NCBI GenBank assembly: GCA_031458695.1
Contig: JAVKJW010000001.1
Coordinates: forward strand, 32,001-96,000
DNA: 64,000 nucleotides
From: Candidatus Thermofontivivens primus
GTDB taxonomy: Bacteria; Sysuimicrobiota; Sysuimicrobiia; Sysuimicrobiales; Thermofontiviventaceae
Reading direction: 5' to 3'
Part shown: in pieces, positions 57,966 through 64,000 of the stretch
Position numbering within the stretch: position 1 is the stretch's first letter
How the letters are laid out: each line of letters starts with the position of its first letter
Translations under genes and position numbers: made by a program
The notes under the pieces: generated by a model
What the model was told of the DNA's origin: nothing
Seen by the model: the letters and a program-made list of their open reading frames with translations, nothing else
The model's database searches: none

Positions 57966-59416
57966 GCTCCAGACCTCCTGCGACCTGCCCTCCACAAAAC
58001 CATTGTGGTCCCAAAGACCAACAAGGCCGCGAAAACCCCACTAGCTTTACTGCCCGGCCGGATGGGCCCAGTTGGGAGGGCGAAGGGGATATCTTCCTGG
58101 CGCATCCGAGGGGAGCGATCCTCTTCCCGCGGGAGCTCCAGGACTGGGAGCGCCTCCTCGGCGAAGGCCAGCGCCCGGACGGCGGGGCTGTGAAATAGGA
58201 TCCGTACCTCTGGGTAGTTCTCGCTGAGGAAACCAAACAGCGAGCCAACTTTGTAAGGAATGTCCCCGGTCCCGTCTCCGTCGAGGTCGTAGCCGCGGTA
58301 ATCGCTCCAGTAGTTGCCTTCCCACCTGTTCAGGAGCCGCCCCCGGTTGAGGTGGACTTGGTCCCCGTTCTCCACGAAGGCATTCCCTGTGAAGAGGTTG
58401 TTGATCGAGCTAGAGAGAATCCTAGCGCCAATGGTGTTGGCCGCAATGAGATTACGGCGGATACGATTCTCCCTGCTGTTGTCCATAAAGATACCGACCT
58501 CGTTGTCCACGATGCTGTTTTCTTCAATGAGAGAATCCTCACAGTCCTTCAGGAAAAGGCCGTAGGCGCCATAGCCGCGACTGTGGGCAAACAGGTTCCT
58601 GCGCGCCACGATGCGCTTCGCGTACATGGGTGCGGCCGCCACGCCGTTGTACTGGAAGACATTTCCCTCGAAGGTATTGTCGTCGGAGTACATGTAGTGG
58701 AGGCCAATACGCCCATAGAGCACGTAGTTACCGCGGATGCGGTTCCCATTGGAGAACTCGAAGTACAGACCGTCGCGGGGGTACAAAATCATGTTTCCTT
58801 CGATGTGGTTCCTATGGGAGCCAAACAAGTGAATGGCATTCCCCCTGTCGTGTTCACCGACCCCAAGACCTTGGATCCGGTTCCCCACGATGGTGTTCCC
58901 ACTCGCCCCAAGCAGGAAGATGCCAAAGAGCGCATTCGTAATCTCGTTCCCGCGGATGGTGTTGTGATCGCCAAGGACCTTCACAGCTGCCTCGTTCCTC
59001 CACAGCCGCCGCCCGCTCCCCCGGATGATGAACCCTTGGACGGTGGCACCCCCTGCTTTGATGGTGAGGACGTCTCCCTGGCCGCCCCCGTCCACCACCG
59101 GCCTCCCCTCACCCACCAGCCGCACCGCCTTGGAAATCACCAACCGCTCACGATAGACTCCCGGCTGGACGAGGATGGTATCTCCCTCGTGCGCGCGGAC
59201 GAGAGCCTGGCCAATCGTTGCGAATCCCTCCCTTCCCACAATCCAGGTATGTCCCCGCCCTTCCTCCTGCAGAAACGCCTTCCCACCTTCCTCCCTTATG
59301 GGAGAGGATACACGGGAGAGAGGGGGTGTAGGTGCGCCCTGGATCGTAGCCCACGGACTCGCCGCGGCAGTCCAAGCAAGGAGGAGCGATGTTAGGAACG
59401 CGATCTTCCGCGCCAT
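57944..59416 (-). CDS. nosD: Nitrous oxide reductase maturation protein NosD
   Basis: Beta-helix repeats, RGNAIHL, RDGLY, LHYMYS, GNYWSDY.GYDLDGDG.GD.PY. Confidence 0.93.
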   Translation of the reverse strand: MARKIAFLTSLLLAWTAAASPWATIQGAPTPPLSRVSSPIREEGGKAFLQEEGRGHTWIVGREGFATIGQALVRAHEGDTILVQPGVYRERLVISKAVRLVGEGRPVVDGGGQGDVLTIKAGGATVQGFIIRGSGRRLWRNEAAVKVLGDHNTIRGNEITNALFGIFLLGASGNTIVGNRIQGLGVGEHDRGNAIHLFGSHRNHIEGNMILYPRDGLYFEFSNGNRIRGNYVLYGRIGLHYMYSDDNTFEGNVFQYNGVAAAPMYAKRIVARRNLFAHSRGYGAYGLFLKDCEDSLIEENSIVDNEVGIFMDNSRENRIRRNLIAANTIGARILSSSINNLFTGNAFVENGDQVHLNRGRLLNRWEGNYWSDYRGYDLDGDGTGDIPYKVGSLFGFLSENYPEVRILFHSPAVRALAFAEEALPVLELPREEDRSPRMRQEDIPFALPTGPIRPGSKASGVFAALLVFGTTMVLWRAGRRRSGAWSRSRV

Positions 59417-59985
59417 GGGCTTGACCTCCAGAAGGCCAGCACGACCAGGACGAAGGCGATCACGTGGAGCAACGTCCCCACATGGAATGTCGCGGAAGTG
59501 ATGAAGTTGGCCAAGCGCTGGCTCCCTAGGATCGGAGGTGTGAACGGAGGCACCCGGATGGGCGCGTCGGGATCGAGCGTGTGACCGTACAGGTATAAAC
59601 GGTACCACAGATCCAGGATCCCAAGAAGGGCTACGGGCGCGAGGACGATGAGGAGAAAGGGAATCCAGCGCCTGCCCGTCCACGCCGCCACTGTGGCAAG
59701 GAGGGCCACACCCAGGAAGGCTACTGGGATGAGTCGAAGCTCTGGGAAGTCCTCGGGCCGGATCTCCCGCATCCCCACGTAGTGGTTTAAGGTGTTAATA
59801 ATGTCCAGCTTCCCCCTCAGCCCCCAGGCATAGACGGCGAGGGTGAGTCCCTCTGGGTACTGAGGAGCGATGAGCCTCACCTGCCACAGGGGGAAGGCGA
59901 ACGAGAGAAGGACCAGAGCGGCGGAAAAGAGCAAGAGGCGGCGCTCCCACCTCCCGAGCTCTCCGCGCCCAATCCATCCCATCAT
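59392..59985 (-). CDS. nosB: Clade II nos membrane protein (NosB-like)
   Basis: PLW...APQYPEGL, INTLNHYVGM, YGHTLDP.API; directly after nosZ. Confidence 0.75.
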   Translation of the reverse strand: MMGWIGRGELGRWERRLLLFSAALVLLSFAFPLWQVRLIAPQYPEGLTLAVYAWGLRGKLDIINTLNHYVGMREIRPEDFPELRLIPVAFLGVALLATVAAWTGRRWIPFLLIVLAPVALLGILDLWYRLYLYGHTLDPDAPIRVPPFTPPILGSQRLANFITSATFHVGTLLHVIAFVLVVLAFWRSSPWRGRSRS

Positions 59986-60090
59986 CCTAGCTCCACCTCG
60001 CTTTTGGAGAGTGTGGTGTCGCGAACACAGGCAGAGGAGGGTGCCCCTTGGGCATCCCTCCCCCTGCCGCTTTGGCCTTTCGTTTTCGTG

Positions 60091-61929
60091 TTACTTCTTT
60101 GGTTTCACCAAAAGGTATCCCTGCATCTCCTGGTGCAGCGCGGAACAGAAGTTGGTGCAGTAGAACGGGTAGACACCTGGTTTTTCCGCTACAATGGAGA
60201 TTGTCTTTGTTTCCCCGGGCTGGATCTCCATGTTCACGTTGTACAGGGAGATCCCAAACCCATGGGTTAAGTCCTCATCCAGGTCGTTATTGGTGATGTG
60301 GAAGAAGACCCGGTCCCCCTGGTTCACTTCCACGTTGTCGGGAACGTAGCGGCTGCGGATGGCGTACATGTAAACGTGGACCTCGTTCCCCTTGCGCTCG
60401 ATGCGAGCATCCTTGGGGCTCCACACCGAATTGGGGCGCTTGGTTTCTTTGGGGTGGATCTCGATGGCCTTGATCTTATCCGCCTTGACGATCTGGGCAT
60501 AGTGGGGCTCGGGGTCGACAGGGGCATCGGCGATGACGCGCATCTTCCCACCAGCGATGTCGATGAGTTGCAGACTCTCAGGATGCGACGGTCCCACACT
60601 CAAGAACCGGTCCTTAGCCATCTTGTTGAGCGAGACCAGGTACTTGCCATCTGGAGAAGCGGAGTCTCCTTCCGCCGCGGCCAAGTGGCCAACGTTGTAG
60701 TTGATCTGCACCTTGTCCACGACCTTCCAGGTACCCAGCTGCCACTTAGCGATGGCGCTGTCCAAGAAGAGGCTCGTGTAGGCGAACCCTTTGTCGTCGA
60801 ACTGGGTGTGGAGTGGACCAAGGCCCACAGGCACCTCGGCCACGCGCACAGATTCGTAGTTGAGCACAGGAAGCCCGCGCACCGTGCCCGCGAAGTCTTT
60901 CTTCTGGATCGCCTCCTGGATCTTGGCGAATTCGTAGACGGTTACCGTGGGCTGGAGCTTGCCACTGGCCACAATGAACCGCCCATCAGGAGAGACGTCC
61001 ACACCGTGTGGGCTCTTCGCCACTGGGATCAGGTACACGAGCCCGGGGACCTTCGTGGGATCCACGACTTTCACTCCGGCGATGGCGGTAAACTTGCCCG
61101 CCTTGACGGCCTTCTCGACTTCTCTCCAGTTCAAGACAATGATGTAGTCGCGGTCGTTCTTGGAGGCGTTCTTCTCGAGCACTGTGGTGGCTTCCTCGGT
61201 GTTGTAGGTGGTGAGGAAAGCCCACCCCTCGCTCACCTTCTTCCCTGCGTCGGAGAGGTCATACTGCCATGGTGGGAGGAGGAGCTCCCACCCTACGCTC
61301 ATCTCCCCGGTCTTCGGATCCACAGCGATGGCTGCAAGCACGCCGAAATATTTCTTCCCGTACTCAGAGAGGGGGGCATAGGTTCCAGTAGGGATGGGGG
61401 CGGAAAAGCGGCTCGGCATCATAAAGTACTCTGTATTCGGGGTGACGAAGGCGGCGCAGTGGGGGCCCATGATGTTCGGCACAGGTCCGAGGATTTGACC
61501 TACGGTGAAGGTCTTCAGGTCAATGCGGGCAACACGGTTGTTGGCATTATCATTGACAAAAAGCCACCGCCCGTCATACTCACCCCTGGTCTCCGAGAGA
61601 GCAGGGTGGTGGACATCACCCCACGTGTACCCTCCAAGCATCCTCTTGGAGTGTTCGTCGTACCCCCACCCTGTGGCGGGATCGGGAGTAAAGACGGGGA
61701 TGGTGCGGATCCGTCGCATGGAGGGAATTCCAAAAACGTAGACCTGTCCGGAATGCCCTCCAGAGGCGAACATGTAATACTCATCGAGCTTACCTGGAGG
61801 GACAAACGCCTTTCCAGGTTCCTGGGCTCCACTCTCCCTCCCTCCCAGCTGAGGAAGGACAATGGCCAAGGCGATGACGACAAGCGTCACCGCTCCGAGG
61901 ATCCCGGCGGACTTCACCCTTCTCCTCAT
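60091..61929 (-). CDS. nosZ: Nitrous oxide reductase, clade II (Sec-type leader)
   Basis: SGGHSG, CuZ His motifs DVHH, GPH, SPHG, GPLH, VGH, EPH; CuA THGF..CTNFCSALHQEM; no SRRxFL Tat motif; no C-terminal heme c. Confidence 0.97.
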   Translation of the reverse strand: MRRRVKSAGILGAVTLVVIALAIVLPQLGGRESGAQEPGKAFVPPGKLDEYYMFASGGHSGQVYVFGIPSMRRIRTIPVFTPDPATGWGYDEHSKRMLGGYTWGDVHHPALSETRGEYDGRWLFVNDNANNRVARIDLKTFTVGQILGPVPNIMGPHCAAFVTPNTEYFMMPSRFSAPIPTGTYAPLSEYGKKYFGVLAAIAVDPKTGEMSVGWELLLPPWQYDLSDAGKKVSEGWAFLTTYNTEEATTVLEKNASKNDRDYIIVLNWREVEKAVKAGKFTAIAGVKVVDPTKVPGLVYLIPVAKSPHGVDVSPDGRFIVASGKLQPTVTVYEFAKIQEAIQKKDFAGTVRGLPVLNYESVRVAEVPVGLGPLHTQFDDKGFAYTSLFLDSAIAKWQLGTWKVVDKVQINYNVGHLAAAEGDSASPDGKYLVSLNKMAKDRFLSVGPSHPESLQLIDIAGGKMRVIADAPVDPEPHYAQIVKADKIKAIEIHPKETKRPNSVWSPKDARIERKGNEVHVYMYAIRSRYVPDNVEVNQGDRVFFHITNNDLDEDLTHGFGISLYNVNMEIQPGETKTISIVAEKPGVYPFYCTNFCSALHQEMQGYLLVKPKK

Positions 61930-61978
61930 GGCACTGCCCCCTTTCTGTGCGGGCGGTTGATCCCACCCCATTTCGTTG

Positions 61979-62374
61979 TTATGGCTCGACAATGAGCTGG
62001 CCGACCATGTTCTGGTGGCTTGGACTGCACTTGATGTTGCACTGGAAGGGAAACGTTCCTTCTTCGCTTGCCACGAACTCCACGACCACGGGTTGCCCGG
62101 GGAAGATCAAATCGGTGTCGATGTCGTAATCCAGGAGTTGGAAACTGTGGGTCACGTCGTAGCTCATGAGCTTCAGACGCACCCTCTCCCCTTTGCGCAC
62201 CACGATCCTCGCTGGCTGGAAGCCGCCATGCTCAAAGGTATGGATGATGACGGTGATCTCCCGGACCCCTTCTGGGTGAGGCTTCTCCTTGAACTGGTAG
62301 GCGAAGATCCCCACAGGCAGGAGCACCACGATGGCGAAGACCACAATTGCCGCCACCACATCCGCTCTCCGCAT
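61979..62374 (-). CDS. Membrane-anchored stand-alone CuA cupredoxin
   Basis: N-terminal TM; DVTHSF...CNIKCSPSHQNM gives the full H, C-x3-C-x3-H-x2-M set. Confidence 0.85.
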   Translation of the reverse strand: MRRADVVAAIVVFAIVVLLPVGIFAYQFKEKPHPEGVREITVIIHTFEHGGFQPARIVVRKGERVRLKLMSYDVTHSFQLLDYDIDTDLIFPGQPVVVEFVASEEGTFPFQCNIKCSPSHQNMVGQLIVEP

Positions 62375-62425
62375 CCCTTTTCCTCCTTAACCAACGACGA
62401 CAGGCGAGAAGGTGACTGGGTGATT

Positions 62426-63886
62426 CTACCCCAGGTACAGCGCCAGGAACACCAAGGTCCCTCCGATCAGATATGCTGTGAGAGGTACAGACGCTTTCCG
62501 CGCCTGCGCTTCCTCAAAGGTCTTGTGCAAAATCCCCGTACCGACAAAAACCGACCAGGCTAGCCCCACAAGCAACAAGGGGACCTGCAGGTAGGGGACG
62601 ATGCCAGGAGCATAAGGGGTCCAGGGATAGCTCTTCGTCCCGAAGAGGTCCCATCCCCAGCCAAAGGGATCTGACAGCACCGAGACGGCGTAGGAGATGT
62701 TGGGGAGGACGAACGCCAAGCTGAAGGCGATCCACCCGAACAGCCCCAGGGGGACGAGCGCATAACTCGTGTTCACGAAGACTTCAGAGAGGGGCACAGA
62801 GCGGGTTCCAGCAATTTTCCGCACCAGGGCGCTCATCCCCAGGTGAAGGCCTGGGGCAAGGACGAGGATGGAGCCAAGGAACATCCCGGCGTATCCAAGG
62901 AAGCCCCAACCTCCAAGGTTCGCCCAGCTCTTGAGAGTTCCCCACGGGCCGATCATGATGATGGAATACAGGATGGCGCTCCCCAGCATGATGAAGGCCT
63001 TGAACGCTTCGTCAAGTTTCCACCCCTTCTCCACCAGGAGATCCGTCCCGAATGGTCGCAGGTTGATGGTGATGTTCCCATAAGGGCAGGCCTTCACGCA
63101 CTCGGTGCAGAGGAGGCAGTAGGTGTTCCGTTCCATCCCCCCGCCCGGGAACTCGAAGTTGGGACAGCCATACCCGCCGATCCCTCCGACCTTGAGGCTC
63201 TCGGGGGTGCTGCCACGGTAACAGGATTTGAACCGGCACTGGCGGCAGACTTCTGCGTCGATCCGCCGGAGCTCTACGGGAGCAGCCATGGAGTAAAGCC
63301 CTAGGAACCCGCCCACGGGGCAAAGATAGCGGCAGAAGGCCCTGCGCTCGAACACCAGGTGCATGACCACCGCCACGGCCATGAGCCCTAGGAGAAGGAA
63401 CCCTGTCACCACGGGCCGCGTGGTCACAATCGGGCTGAACAGCGCGATGGTGAGGAAGCCGAAGTTGGCAAGCCACAGGTTCCTGAGCTGGCGGGGCCAT
63501 CTCTTGCCAAGGCCTAACCCTTGGCTGACGAAGCTCACGAAACTCTTGCGCTGTAGCCACTCCCCGAAGGCTGGGATGGGGCACATGGCGCACCATACCC
63601 TCGCCCCGAAGGGGACAAGAACGACGATCAAGAGGGCCCACCAGACGATCCAGACGAAGATGATGGAAAAGTTCTTGGCCCCCACGGGGATACCGAAGAT
63701 CCCAGAGAGGATGACGATGGTGAAGGCCAGGAGGTTGGGGACGATGAGGGTAAACTGGAACCACCTTTGGAAGACAAGCCAACGCAGGAAGGGTGCGAGC
63801 TGGAGGAGGTCCCTCTTCCAGCCTATCTTGACAGGCTTTGTTTCCGCGACCCGGGTAACCTTGGCCCCTACCGCCTCGTCGTCCAC
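62426..63886 (-). CDS. Polytopic 4Fe-4S membrane protein (NapH/NosH/NosR-like polyferredoxin)
   Basis: WCAMCP, FCRYLCPVG, CRQC...C, CP, CLLCTECVKACP; many TM helices. Confidence 0.85.
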   Translation of the reverse strand: MDDEAVGAKVTRVAETKPVKIGWKRDLLQLAPFLRWLVFQRWFQFTLIVPNLLAFTIVILSGIFGIPVGAKNFSIIFVWIVWWALLIVVLVPFGARVWCAMCPIPAFGEWLQRKSFVSFVSQGLGLGKRWPRQLRNLWLANFGFLTIALFSPIVTTRPVVTGFLLLGLMAVAVVMHLVFERRAFCRYLCPVGGFLGLYSMAAPVELRRIDAEVCRQCRFKSCYRGSTPESLKVGGIGGYGCPNFEFPGGGMERNTYCLLCTECVKACPYGNITINLRPFGTDLLVEKGWKLDEAFKAFIMLGSAILYSIIMIGPWGTLKSWANLGGWGFLGYAGMFLGSILVLAPGLHLGMSALVRKIAGTRSVPLSEVFVNTSYALVPLGLFGWIAFSLAFVLPNISYAVSVLSDPFGWGWDLFGTKSYPWTPYAPGIVPYLQVPLLLVGLAWSVFVGTGILHKTFEEAQARKASVPLTAYLIGGTLVFLALYLG

Positions 63887-63889
63887 GGT

Positions 63890-64000
63890 TTAGGCCTCCT
63901 TCCTCCACCAGGCATAGCCAAGAGCAACCACCCCCACCACCATGGCCAAAAACGCCGAACCCGCCAAGGGGATGTTCGGGCGGACGATGATCTCCCCCAC
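63890..64000 (-). CDS. C-terminal end of a probable cupredoxin with C-terminal TM anchor (partial)
   Basis: Hand translation VGEIIVRPNIPLAGSAFLAMVVGVVALGYAWWRKEA*; VGEIIV parallels VGQLIV after the CuA Met of 61979-62374. Confidence 0.55.
   Translation of the reverse strand: MGEIIVRPNIPLAGSAFLAMVVGVVALGYAWWRKEA

Noticed and set aside
61900..61992. Tat signal on NosZ (MRRRVKS)
   Set aside because: Lacks the S/T-R-R-x-F-L consensus; reads as a basic n-region of a Sec signal or anchor
1..64000. CRISPR array, rRNA, intact integrase or transposase, prophage
   Set aside because: No regularly spaced repeat-spacer array or corresponding genes seen; only short degenerate tandem repeats and one IS remnant

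Overview
GC-rich bacterial chromosomal window dominated by respiratory genes. It holds two complete A-family heme-copper oxidase operons (10.2-14.5 kb and 16.9-20.2 kb) with heme A/O synthases and a blue-copper protein. It also holds a complete nuoA-N complex I operon (27.1-41.6 kb, minus strand) and a clade II (Sec-type) nitrous oxide reductase cluster (55.3-64 kb, minus strand). Other content includes tRNA-Thr(UGU), two two-component loci, housekeeping genes (lgt, iscS, thyX, sufR-like) and a small decayed insertion between the two oxidase operons. Main observations: (1) the second oxidase keeps all metal ligands but lacks both K-proton-channel signature residues; (2) nosZ is preceded by a polyferredoxin membrane protein, a stand-alone CuA protein and a probable second cupredoxin, with no c-type cytochrome motif seen in the window; (3) a PlsY-like/acyl-ACP-reductase-like fusion has degenerate PlsY phosphate motifs; (4) a candidate ~90-nt rod-shaped sRNA has its own sigma70 promoter and U-tail; (5) a Hod-type cofactor-free dioxygenase is flanked by a diverged duplicate of the coxIV 3' end and an IS256 remnant. 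All family calls come from motif recognition by eye; no database searches were run.
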